A DNA stretch of 64,000 nucleotides, taken from Octopus bimaculoides. Its lineage: Eukaryota. The notes under the pieces are model-generated. The model was not told where the DNA came from, did not search any database, and was given only the letters and a program-made list of their open reading frames with translations. Position 1 is the first letter of the stretch; every line of letters starts with the position of its first letter. The translations under genes were made by a program, and so were the position numbers. This document shows, in pieces, positions 49,220-61,210 of this stretch. The DNA lies in the NCBI RefSeq assembly GCF_001194135.2, contig NC_068983.1, positions 57,301,526-57,365,525 of the forward strand, in the 5' to 3' direction.

Positions 49220-49990
49220 TACTATAGGCACAAGGCCTGCAATTCCTGGGGTGGGAGTAAGTCAATTACATTGACTCCAGTACTCAACTAGTACTAATTT
49301 TATCGACCCCAAGATAATGAAAGGCAGAGACGACCTTTGCAGAATTTGAACTCAGAATGTAAAGACCGAAGAAATACTGCTAAGCATTTCTCCCAGCATG
49401 CTAATGATTCTGCCAGCAGTTCACATTATAATATTAAAATGATAAAATAACTTTTCCTATAATGTTTTCCGTGGAGGCGCAATGGCCCAGTGATTAGGGC
49501 AGCAGACTCGCGGTCGGAGGATCATGGTTTCGATTCCCAGACCGGGCGTGGATGTGTGTGTTTATTGAGTGAAAACACCCAAAGCTCCACGAGGCTCCGG
49601 GAGCGAGTCATGCAGCACTGGCATCAACCACATTCAAATGGTACTTTTTACATGCCACCAGCACAGGAGCCAGTCAGGTGGCAGTAGCATTGACTACGCT
49701 CAAATGGTGTTTTTTATGTGTCACATGCAAAGGTGCCAGTCAGGCGGCACTGGCATCAAGCACGCTCAAATGTTACTTTTTACATGTCACAAGCACAGAC
49801 CAGCATTTTGGGGAGAGGGTAAGTTGATTACATCGACCCAGTATGCAACTGGTACCTATTTTATCACCTCAAAAGAATGAAAGGTAAAGTCGGCCTCGAT
49901 GGAATTTGAACTCAGAACGTAAAAAAGGGACAAAACGCCAATTGGCATTTTGCCTGACATGCAAACGGTTCTACCATCTCACCACCCTAA
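49220..49990. mobile_element. composite: S2 (-), S4 head (+), RTE 3'UTR 65-bp units (-), S2 (-)
   Basis: Each block matches other copies in the window. Confidence 0.7.
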
Positions 49991-50277
49991 CTATTAATTT
50001 AATATTGCAATCATATTTAGAAACTATGAAATTTTCTTCATACTTAGCTTTATTAAGAGAACAGGAAGTAATCTTTATAATGCTGAAGAGGATGAAATGA
50101 ATATCTGCTTATCAAATTGAAATCTATAATAAAACTAACATGTAATATGTGTTTTTAGAGAAATATATCATATTAACAAATCTGAAACTAATATCTATAA
50201 AATAACAAAATAAGACTGGAAAATGTCAAAATGTCTCTGTCTTCCTTGGAATTGTCTCCTTTAAAGTTTTTGCTCAG

Positions 50278-50337
50278 ATAATGTGGAACTAATTAGTGAA
50301 ATACAGAACAAGAAAAGGTGCCAAATGTCTGAAGATT
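50278..50337 (+). CDS. candidate penultimate exon (phase 1-1: NVELISEIQNKKRCQMSED)
   Basis: Acceptor CTCCTTTAAAGTTTTTGCTCAG| and donor ATT|GTAAGA; followed by a 99-bp T-rich GT-AG intron. Confidence 0.55.
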
Positions 50338-50436
50338 GTAAGATTCATTTATTGGTATTTTTGTAATTTTTTGCTTTGTACTTTGTTTTTGATATTTTCT
50401 TTGTATTTAACTTGTATTTTTTTTTTCTTATAACAG

Positions 50437-50510
50437 ATGACAAACCTATCACAAATATGCTGCTGATAAGAATCATCAACATTGTTTCATTTATATATTT
50501 ATTTTTATAA
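50437..50510 (+). CDS. candidate terminal coding exon (YDKPITNMLLIRIINIVSFIYLFL*)
   Basis: Very strong acceptor ...TTTTTTTTTCTTATAACAG|; phase-compatible with 50278-50337; hydrophobic C-terminus. Confidence 0.55.
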
Positions 50511-51329
50511 GTATTTTTCCCTGTTATTGATGATAAAAATGAAGAAATTAATGTAACACTGAAAACAAAATTTACTTGGCATTGCTGCTGACAGGATATC
50601 TAACTGGTTAATTAGAATATTGTTGTTTTTCCAGAATTTATTCCCCATTAGGTAAACACAAGCATGTGATATAATATTTATAAAATGATATATATATATC
50701 AAATATGTTTTTGACAATAAGCACAATATCAAATGTAACGCACAATATCAATTGTATCTTACAGTAAACCAAATGACATTCAGTATATTACTGCAGCGCT
50801 GGATTAACCATTGAGCAAAATAAGCACGTGTTTAGGGCACCAAGGGAAGTGAGGCACCACAGACATGGTAAATGGTTTACAGCACAAAAGAAATTACTTT
50901 AATCTTGCTATAATAATATTTGGGATTAATTTTGAGGATCTGTTCAAAGACTTTGCAAAGAAGAAAAGAAGGAGAAAACTTTCCAAATATAAATAAAATG
51001 GAGGTATTCAAAAATAACCATCATTTTTCCATCTTATTGTTAGTTTTGTTTCATTTTGAAAAATCCAAATATATTTTATTGTTTATCGTTTGAAGAACAT
51101 ATAGCATTAATAGAAGTAATTATTGTGCTTTTCTATTCTAGGCACCGAAATTTTTAAGGAGGAGGCCAGTCAATTAGATCGACCCCAGTACACAACTAGT
51201 ACTTAATTTATCGACCCCAAATGGAAAAATTGACCTTGGAGGAATTTGAACTCATAGAAGTAATTATTATTAAACAATTACCAAGTTCACTTAATATATT
51301 AATGACATGTTTCCCATGACTTCTGAAAA

Positions 51330-52270
51330 AGACTATTTCCTACACATGTTGGTACCATGAGAAAAGACCCATGCTGGCACCACATTAAAAGCATGCGAGC
51401 TGCTACCATGTAAAAAGCACCCATGCTGGCCCCATCTATAAACAACCAGTATTGGTCCCACATACAAGGCACCCAGTACACTCTGTAAGGTGCTTGATAT
51501 TACAAGGGACATCCAGCCATAGAAACCATGCCAAAACAGACAATTGGAACCTGGTGCAGCCCTCCGACAGCAGCAAGGAAGACAGACATTAAATGATGAT
51601 GATGATGATGATGAAAACCAATATGACCATACTTCAAAACTGATTTCTTTCTTAAGCACATGCTTTATCACTGTCAGCAGCATGGTGTCTCAGCACAGAT
51701 TCCATTTTTTATGCGACACAAGCAAGGGTGTGTTTTATGTGACACCAGTATGGGCATTATGCATGGGGAACCAGAACAAGTACCTTTTATATGGCACCAG
51801 CACCAGTGCTTTTTGCATGGCACTGGCACATAAACAGCATCATTCAATCATGAGCAATTCCGGTGCCACCTGACTGGCTCCCATGCTGGTGGCATGTAAA
51901 AACACCATTCGAGCTTGGTTGATGCCAGTGCTACCTGACTGTTTCCTGTGCTGGTAGCATGTAAAAGGCACCATACAAGCATGGTTGATGTCAGTGTTGC
52001 CTGACTGGTTCTGTTCTGGTGACAGGTAAAAAGCACCATTCAAGTTTGACTGATGCCAGTGCTGCCTGACTGGCGCCCTTTCCGATAGCATGTAAAAAGC
52101 ACCCACTCTTGGAGTGGTTGGCATTAGGAAGGGCATCCAGCTGTAGAAACCTTGCAAGATCAGATCAGAGCCAGGTGCAGCCTCCGGCTTGCCAGTCTTC
52201 AGTCAAACCATCCAACCCATGCCAGCAGGGAAAAGCAGACATTAAATGATGATGATGATGATGATGATGA
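51330..52270 (+). mobile_element. two RTE 3'UTR copies; the second carries four 65-66 bp tandem units
   Basis: Units start at 51863, 51928, 51994 and 52059; (ATG)n tails at about 51595 and 52246. Confidence 0.8.
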
Positions 52271-52930
52271 AAACAAGATGAATATTCTAAAAATTCAGAA
52301 CCAGGACATAAAACAAAGCAAATGAAATATTAAANNNNNNNNNNNNNNNNNNNNNNNNNNNNNNNNNNNNNNNNNNNNNNNNNNNNNNNNNNNNNNNNNN
52401 NNNNNNNNNNNNNNNNNNNNNNNNNNNNNNNNNNNNNNNNNNNNNNNNNNNNNNNNNNNNNNNNNNNNNNNNNNNNNNNNNNNNNNNNNNNNNNNNNNNN
52501 NNNNNNNNNNNNNNNNNNNNNNNNNNNNNNNNNNNNNNNNNNNNNNNNNNNNNNNNNNNNNNNNNNNNNNNNNNNNNNNNNNNNNNNNNNNNNNNNNNNN
52601 NNNNNNNNNNNNNNNNNNNNNNNNNNNNNNNNNNNNNNNNNNNNNNNNNNNNNNNNNNNNNNNNNNNNNNNNNNNNNNNNNNNNNNNNNNNNNNNNNNNN
52701 NNNNNNNNNNNNNNNNNNNNNNNNNNNNNNNNNNNNNNNNNNNNNNNNNNNNNNNNNNNNNNNNNNNNNNNNNNNNNNNNNNNNNNNNNNNNNNNNNNNN
52801 NNNNNNNNNNNNNNNNNNNNNNNNNNNNNNNNNNNNNNNNNNNNNNNNNNNNNNNNNNNNNNNNNNNNNNNNNNNNNNNNNNNNNNNNNNNNNNNNNNNN
52901 NNNNNNNNNNNNNNNNNNNNNNNNNNNNNN

Positions 52931-53010
52931 ATTACTATTATTATTATTATTTTGATTATCATTATTATTATTATTATGATTACTATTATCATTATTATTA
53001 TTATTGTTGC

Positions 53011-53083
<73 letters not shown>

Positions 53084-53200
53084 TTTATTTTGATTCTTAT
53101 TATTATTATGATTATTATTATTATTATTGTTATTATTATTATTATTATTATTCTTATTATTATTATTATTATCATTATTATTATCGTCATCATCACTTAG
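52931..53200. repeat. (ATT)n microsatellite
   Basis: Direct reading. Confidence 0.95.
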
Positions 53201-53628
53201 CATGCTAGGCCTGATATTCACGCTGCACATAATTAAGAGAAGTAAATGTAAAATCTCCTCGTGATAAGAAGCAGCCTCTATTTATAATTAGGATATGATG
53301 GTCATATCAATATCTAAGTGGTACACAACAGAAGATGGCCATTGATTTTTATACAAAACATCATCATAAATGTCCCTCGGTCTTTTGTAGTTTTACGTCA
53401 ATGTTTCTTCGTGGTATTACTCATTAAACAATGTACCAATGGGAAATGAACAGCTGCTTTAGATGTTGTTAATTGTTCTTACTGGATAGCTGAGTTAATT
53501 GCATGATGGACACGTGTACGCATATGCATGTATAGATAGACAGACAGACAAACACACATACACACAAATATGACAAATATGTATATGTATGTGTGTATGT
53601 ATGTTCATGTGTGTATGTGTACATATAT

Positions 53629-53693
<65 letters not shown>

Positions 53694-53862
53694 CATATGT
53701 ATGGATGGATGGATGGATGTCTATATATGTATATATGTTGTTCTTGATACCCTGTATATATTTGTGTTCGAAGCATGTAGAGATTATTGCAGGTGTGTCA
53801 AATATAATGCAATCCTGTCACACTATACCTGATACATATATATAGAAAACCCTTTTTTTTTT

Positions 53863-54329
53863 CTGTCAAGGGCTTAAATGCCCCATTATTAAACTATTTT
53901 CCTTAGTCATTGCATGGTGATCGCCATAAGCTTTAAACTTATATAAAAATACCATTATTATTATTTACAGAATTGTAAAATCGGTGCCCTATAAAAACCA
54001 TTTTCTCCGAAAGCATATAGAAAGTTTGTTTACATATAAAATAAAACAAACACGAACTATTATAGTTCTTATATTTGACAGAAACAAGAAGGCTGATTCA
54101 CTGGTGTAAATGTAACACACTTGGTCACGATAACAAAGAGATGTGGTTCGCCTCCCATGCGGATAGGAAAGCTTTTTATCTGTTGAAGGCTTATATGCCC
54201 CTTTATTAGAATATTTTTCTTAGTCATTGCATGGTGGTCGCCATAAGTTTTAAGTTTATATAAAAATACTATTATTATTATTTACAGGATTGTAAACTCG
54301 GTGCCATATAAAAAAAACCATTCGCACCG

Positions 54330-54332
<3 letters not shown>
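53863..54332 (+). repeat. 150-bp direct repeat pair (53863-54012 and 54180-54332)
   Basis: Shared TTAGTCATTGCATGGTG.TCGCCATAAG...TTATTTACAG.ATTGTAAA.TCGGTGCC. Confidence 0.9.
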
Positions 54333-54369
<37 letters not shown>

Positions 54370-54543
54370 ATGTATATATACATGTATGTATATCCATATC
54401 TATTTATCTGAATCGATACACACATACACACATGCACACACATCCCTACATATTCACACACACACACACATATATGAAGAGTGTTGTAGTTTGCTTGAAG
54501 CATTGTAGCACAGAAGTAGAATAATAAAGGAAAAGACAAGTAT

Positions 54544-54812
54544 GGAAAGCTTCTCACAATGCAGAAAATTTTTTAAAAACCCTTTATATTTCGAGTGCAA
54601 AGGCCAATCTTCAGAAGAATATAGTCAAAGCAATATCTGTTTACATAAATCCTGCAATTTTGGATAGCCAGATGGACAGTGAACCTGGCTATTCAAAATG
54701 GCAGGATCTATATAAACAGATATTTCTTTGACTATAATCTTCTGAAGATTGGCCTTTGCACTCGAAATATAAAGGTTTTTTTTTAACTTTTAAGCCATGT
54801 GAGAAGCTTTCC
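54544..54812. repeat. palindrome (about 128-bp arms, 13-nt loop) with a hammerhead-like motif in each arm (family 3)
   Basis: Arms 54544-54671 and 54685-54812; AUCUU/CUGAAGA/.../GAAA/UAUA/AAGGU at 54737-54776 and the mirror at about 54581-54619. Confidence 0.85.
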
Positions 54813-55343
54813 TTGCTTCTCATTTCATTTATTATNNNNNNNNNNNNNNNNNNNNNNNNNNNNNNNNNNNNNNNNNNNNNNNNNNNNNNNNNNNNNNNNN
54901 NNNNNNNNNNNNNNNNNNNNNNNNNNNNNNNNNNNNNNNNNNNNNNNNNNNNNNNNNNNNNNNNNTATATATATATATATATAAATTATATGTTTTTATG
55001 TATGTATATACATATATGTATATATATGTGTGAATGTGTATATATATCTATATATACATATCGTTGCTATTATGTTAAACTGTTTTATGTGCAAATTTGG
55101 CCAAATGCCTGTTTTCCAATATTTAATTTTGCTTGCAAAGACCGGTTCTTTAGGTCAAACTATCGTATCTCCATCTGCTTCAGATGACAAGATATCAAAA
55201 ATTGTCAGAGTGTAGTACAACAGTTTTGCTATGGAATGGTGAAACTATTTTTCCATTTTCTGAAAAAGCAATGTTTTGGACTTACAACACTTTTACATAA
55301 TAGAAACGATATAAACACACGCACACACATACATACACACGCA

Positions 55344-55375
<32 letters not shown>

Positions 55376-55379
55376 TGAC

Positions 55380-56285
55380 AGAAGTAAATAGACACACATA
55401 AAACATTGTTTTATGCTTATTTTAATTTCAAATTGTTTACATTTTTTTATTAATGGACTTTTTTGTTTAATCATGCCATGTACAAAAGAAGCCTTGGAAC
55501 TGTCCAAATTTCAAAGAGACTGGGTCAATCTGAAAGTGGACCTAGTCAGTGTAAAATTGCAGAAAATCTTCAGCTCCCATTTTCTATAGTTAATAGGGTG
55601 ATTGTGCAATTCACCAGAGACCGGAAGAAGTCCACATCACCTTGCCCAGGTTGACCAGGGCCCTCTGACAGGAACCTTTGCTTTGTTAAGAGAAGTGTGG
55701 AGGATAATCCTCATTGCAAGGCTTCTGACATAGCAGAACAAGTTGATGTCAGTCCCAGAGCAGCTGTCAGGTAACTCCACAAACTCGGCTTCCATTGCAG
55801 AGCAGCAAAAAGGAAGCCACTTCTTCGACCAGTCAACATCGAGCAAAGAAAAGATCCGGCCAGTGAGATGGTGTAGAGGCCGCTAGCATTTTAGGACACT
55901 ATCATATTTTCTGATGAGTCCAGATTTGTTGTATTTTCTGACAGTGGTCAAGTGTGGGTCTGGAGACTGTGATCAAGAATTTGACATGAAAAGATTGCCG
56001 CTAACAATGAAACAAGACAACTATTCTGTGATGGTCTGGGGGGCAATTTGGAGCAATGCTCAATCAGGAGTGTAAGGGAATCATAAACTTAGATAAATAT
56101 GTGTCCATATTGCAGAAAGGACTTCTTCCAATCTTTTCCAGTAGTGAAATGATTAAAGATGACTCTTTATTTATGGAAGATGGGGCTCCTTCTCACACGG
56201 CTACAATGACCCAAAATTTGTTGGATGAGAATGACATAAAAAAAACTTCCATGACCAAGCCAGTCACCAGATATGAACTCTATTG
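55380..56285 (+). mobile_element. Tc1 (DD34E-type) transposase relic, cut by an RTE insertion
   Basis: ATG at 55473; IIFSDESRF, VMVWGAI, FMEDGAPSH, PSQSPDMNSI motifs across frameshifts. Confidence 0.85.
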
Positions 56286-56580
56286 TTAGGAAGGCATCCT
56301 GCCATAAAAATGCTGCCGAAACAGATATAGAAGTTTGGTGTAGGCTCCTGCCTGGCCAGCCCCTGTCAAACTGTCCAACCCATGCCAGCATGGAAGGCAG
56401 GCATTAAATGATGATGATGTAACATGGACTTCTTTCAGTTTCTGTCTCCCAAATCCACTCACAAGGCTTTGCTCAGCACGAGGTTAAAGCAGAAAGACAC
56501 TTGCCCAAGGTGCCATGCAGTGGAACTGATCTGGGAACCATGAGGTTGGAAAGCAAGCTTCTTACCACAGAGCTATGCCT
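56285..56580. mobile_element. RTE 3' end (+, 56285-56420) followed by SINE S1 (-, 56420-56580)
   Basis: Family blocks present. Confidence 0.75.
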
Positions 56581-57539
56581 TTTTACAATATCTTTATTTT
56601 TCAAAAACCGAACCAAGCTAATAAATGACAAAAACAACATTAAAAAACACAGAAATAGCAATGTATGTGACAAGCAAGAACTTACCATGAAAAATACTAT
56701 TATTATATTTGTTCGAACAGTTGGAACTTTCCAGCATTACATTTAAATTATTTTCAAAATGTATTAATTCTTTCCTGATCTTCAGAATGCCAGTTGGTTG
56801 GCTGGTTAATCAGTTGGCCAACCAATTCAAAGCCTATAATATTTTAATCATGAATTATAGACTTTGAATTTTAATATCAATGGACTAGCATCTTTAGAAT
56901 AATTTCCTTAATATAACATCGTAGATATTTGCAATATATATCTTATTACCATAAGAAATAGACTACAAAGACTTGAAACCAATCAGATTGTTCTCATTAA
57001 CCACAAATAAATCCATTCCATTTTGTAATATATTCATGTGAATATAGAACCCTGGTTAGCACTGCGAGAGCTCTGGGTTTAACACACTTCTATGTTAAAG
57101 TCTTATCTCATTAATAAATATCACAGTATCGAATAAGATTTTCTGAAATAGCCATCAACCATTTCGATAACAGAGTACAATTAATGTTAAGCCAGAATTT
57201 GAGTTGATATAATCCTTTACGAAGAGCAGGAACCCAGAAAGGGCCAGGTCATATATTTTCAGCTTGATATATGAAAAAGTTCAAAAGTTGCCTTGCTTAA
57301 TAAATGCAATATGTTATATATTTGTGGTATTACAAGATAACATTGGAGAATAATAAATGATGGTTTGTTTGTGTTACGAGATGCTGTGCTGTAGGAAGAA
57401 GACAAAATGAAATATTTTACAATCAAGGACAATGGATGTGAATATGTTGTGTGTTTAACCTCATGTGGAAAGAGAGGAATGGCTAGAAAGGAAGAGATGT
57501 TTAGGAACACTGAAAAAAAAAGAAAATATGGATGGAAGA

Positions 57540-58000
57540 CATACATCATCATCATCATTTCTCTCACCATCACTGTTGTCATGATCGACATCACCAACAC
57601 CATCATCACCATCACCATCACCATGCTATCATCATCATCACCATCCTTATCACCATCACTATCATCACCACCACCACCACCACCGCCACCACCATGATCA
57701 TTTTCATCATCATCTCTATCTGCACCACCATCATCATCATCATCATCACCAACACTATTGTCGTCATCATCATCTCTCCCACCATCACCGTTGTCATGAT
57801 CACCATCACCAACACCATCATCACCATCGCATCATCATCATCATCACCATCACCATCATCATTATCACCATCACCACCACCACCACCACGATCATCTTCA
57901 TCATCTCCATCTGTACCACCACCAGCATCATCATCATCGTCATCACCATCACCACCACCACCACCATGATCATCTTCATCATCATAAACACCCCAATATC
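57540..58000. repeat. (CAT/CAC)n tract with internal higher-order duplication
   Basis: CACCATGATC.T.TTCATCATC and CATCT..A.CACCA blocks recur. Confidence 0.9.
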
Positions 58001-58024
58001 AATTGTCAAGCGATGATGGGGCAA

Positions 58025-58084
<60 letters not shown>

Positions 58085-58088
<4 letters not shown>

Positions 58089-58485
58089 CAATGGGCTTCT
58101 TTCAGTTTCTTAATTCCTTATTGCCCACAAGGGGCTAAATATAGAGGAGACAAAAAAGGACAGACAAAGGGGTTAAGTCGATTACATTGACGCCAGCGCA
58201 TAACTGGTACTTAATTTATCGACCTCGAAAGGATGAAAGGCAAAGTCGACCTTGGCAGAATTTGAACTCAGAACGTAATGGTAGACGAAATACCGCTAAG
58301 AATTTTGCTCGGCGTGCTAACGTTTCTGCCAGCTCGCCGCCTTTCAGTTTCTGTCAACCGAATCCACTCAGAACGCTTTGGTCGGCCCGAGGCTATAGTA
58401 GAAGACTCTTGCCCAAAGTGCCACACAGTGGGACTGAACCCGTAACCATGTGGTTGGTAAGCAAGCTACTTACCACACAGCCGCT
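58085..58485 (-). mobile_element. SINE S1 interrupted by SINE S2 (58111-58340, tail B) with 12-bp TSD
   Basis: CTTTCAGTTTCT at 58099-58110 and 58341-58352. Confidence 0.9.
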
Positions 58486-58589
58486 CCTAGTGGCATATAT
58501 CTGGTTTTGAAAGGAAGTTCTTCAATACAAGGGTGATACTTGACCACAACTTAGACGCCTACTTTGGAAAAGGTTACCAGATGTCACAA

Positions 58590-59020
58590 ATACTGGTTTC
58601 AAATTCTGGCACCAGGCCAGCAATTTCAGGAAAGGGACTAAGCCGGTTGCATCAGCCACAGTGCTCAACCCCTCTTTTTTCTATTGACCCCAAAAGGAAT
58701 TTGAACTTTGGTGGAATTTGAACTTTGGTGGAATTTGAACTCTAAATGCAAAGATGGGCAACCTTCCACTAAGCATTTTGCCAAGGCACGCTTAAGGTTC
58801 TTTCAACTTGCTACATTTTAGTTTCCAGTTTTGGCACAAGGCCGGCAGTTTGTGGAGAGGGGACATTTCAGTTCTACCAATCCTGGTGTCTGGCTGGTAC
58901 TTATTTCATCAACCCCAAAAGCATGAAAAGCAAAGTTGACTTTGACAGAATTTGAACTCAGAACATCAAGATGGACAAAATACCGCAAAGCATTTTGGTT
59001 TGTGTGCTAACAGTTCTGCC
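58590..59020 (-). mobile_element. two diverged SINE S2 copies
   Basis: GAATTTGAACTC...AAGCATTTTG blocks. Confidence 0.7.
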
Positions 59021-59696
59021 TTAGATGTTCCATGTATTGAGATTTCACAAACATTGATTAAGTTTATAAAATTCATCAACATTTAGAAGCCCGAAGGCAA
59101 ACAGTAATATTTTAATAATTACAGTTATTAACTAGCTCTTACGTATCAATGCCAGATTTCAAATTTTGAAATAATCTTTAAAAATAATTTCATTTATGCA
59201 GAAAATGCTTTCTTTTTCTCATTTTCACTTATAGTTTTTTTAATCTACAACTGATTTATTTTTAACTTTTTAACTTTTAATTTCAATTTTATTTCATGTC
59301 TTTTGTATTTATAAATTTATTTCAAATAATTTTGGTAGAGATGTTTTTTAATAATGTTCTGTTATTTTGCTTTTTACATTTGTTAAATTCAATATATTTT
59401 ATTCTTTTGATAGAGAAAAACCTGTCTTGGAACAAACTGAAAGACATCCATTAGACCTCGCTCTGATTGCAGAAGATTAAGGGTTAAGATACAAATGCAA
59501 ATAGTTAAACAAGGATAACATTTATACTTCTGATACTGACAATCCATAAATGCTATTAAAATGTCAACTAGATTATAGAAAAATCTGCAATTTGAAGATT
59601 TGAAGAAAAAGATCTTTGAAACAAGGTATTATATTACAAATTTCTTAATTTATATTTTATTTTATTTTAATTAATATTATTAATATTATCATTATT

Positions 59697-59806
59697 AATC
59701 TTCTTCTTCTTCTTCTTCTTCTTCTTCTTCTTCTTCTTCTTCTTCTTCTTCTTCTTCTTCTTCTTCTTCTTCTTCTTCTTCTTNNNNNNNNNNTCTTCTT
59801 CTTCTT

Positions 59807-59875
<69 letters not shown>

Positions 59876-60100
59876 AGGTGGTGAGCTGACAGTATCGTTA
59901 GCTTGCTGGGCAAAATGCTTAGTGGCATTTTTATGCATTAATACATTCTGAGTTCAAATTCCGTCAAGGTCGACTTTGCCGTTCATCCTCTTGGGGTCCA
60001 TAATATAAGTACCAGTTGAATATTGGGGTCGATGTAATCAACTTACCCCCACCCCACCAAAATTTCAGGCCTTGTGCCTTTAGTAGAAACAATTATTATG
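59697..60100 (+). mobile_element. (CTT)n/(ATT)n tract followed by SINE S2 (59875-60100)
   Basis: AAGGTGGTGAGCTGACAG head, CAGGCCTTGTGCC..TAGTAGAAA tail. Confidence 0.8.
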
Positions 60101-60769
60101 ATTACCTTTGCCTTACTGAAGGCAGAGGTATTGTTTTCAGTTGTGTTCATCATAAGCATCCTCCCCTTCCTCCTCATACTTATCAATCATCATCATAATC
60201 CCACTCCACCTCCTCCTCCTCATCACCCTCCTCCTCCTACTCCTGATCATCATCACCACCCTTCTCCATCTTCCTCCTCCTCCTCCTCATCATCATCATC
60301 ATCAACACCCTCCTCCATCCTCCTCCTTATCATCATCATCATTATCTTCATTAGATAATGCCTCTCCCTCCATGCTTGCATGGTTCAGACAGAGTCTGTT
60401 GAGGCAGATTTCATTCTGTGGCTGGATGCCCTTCTTGTCACCAACCCTCACCTGCTCCCAAGCAAGATACTATTTCCCCAAGGCCAGACATGTTCTTCAC
60501 AGAAGATTGGAAACCAAGGACATCACTTTCATGATGGTGATGCTCACATACAACCATCACATGATGGTCAAGACAAGGGCACACACATACACACAAACAC
60601 ACAACCACACACACACATACACACACAAATACACACACATAAACACACATACACACATAAACACACACACACACATACGCACAACCACACATACATGCAT
60701 AGTGTTGAAGGATTCCTCCAAGAATTGTTATCCTTCTGATGTCCTCCTACTCTTCCTCTTAGAAAATCA

Positions 60770-61210
60770 TGATGATGATGATGGTGGTGGTGGAGCCGGT
60801 GAAGGTGGTTGTGGTACAGTAATGATGATGATGATGTTGGTGGTGGTGGCGAAGCTAGTGAAGGTGGTTGTGGTAATAATGATGGTGGTGGTCAAACCAG
60901 TGAAGGTGGTTATGATGATGATGATGGTGGTGGTGGTGGTGGTGGTGGTGGTGGTGGTGGTGTCAAAGCCAGTGAAGGTGGTTGTGGTAACGATGATGAT
61001 GATGATGGCGGTGGTGGTGTCGAAGCCAGCAAAGGTGGTTGTGGTAATGGTGGTGGTAGCATTCAAGATGGTAAAAATGATTGTGATGGTAGTGGTGGTC
61101 AAAATGGAGAAGATGGTTGTGGTAATGACGATGATGGTGGTGATGATGATGATGATGATTACAACAATAACAGCAATGATGATGATGATGATAGCGATGC
61201 TGAAGACAGT
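60770..61210. repeat. (GGT/GAT)n tract with recurring GAAGGTGGTTGTGGT unit
   Basis: About 5-7 copies of AGCCAGTGAAGGTGGTTGTGGT-like units. Confidence 0.9.

Noticed and set aside
3011-56285. Active or domesticated transposase
   Set aside because: All Tc1/mariner/pogo copies have stops, frameshifts or deleted catalytic cores.
12496-59938. Long ORFs in the supplied track that are mostly X
   Set aside because: Artefacts of N gaps being translated without stops.
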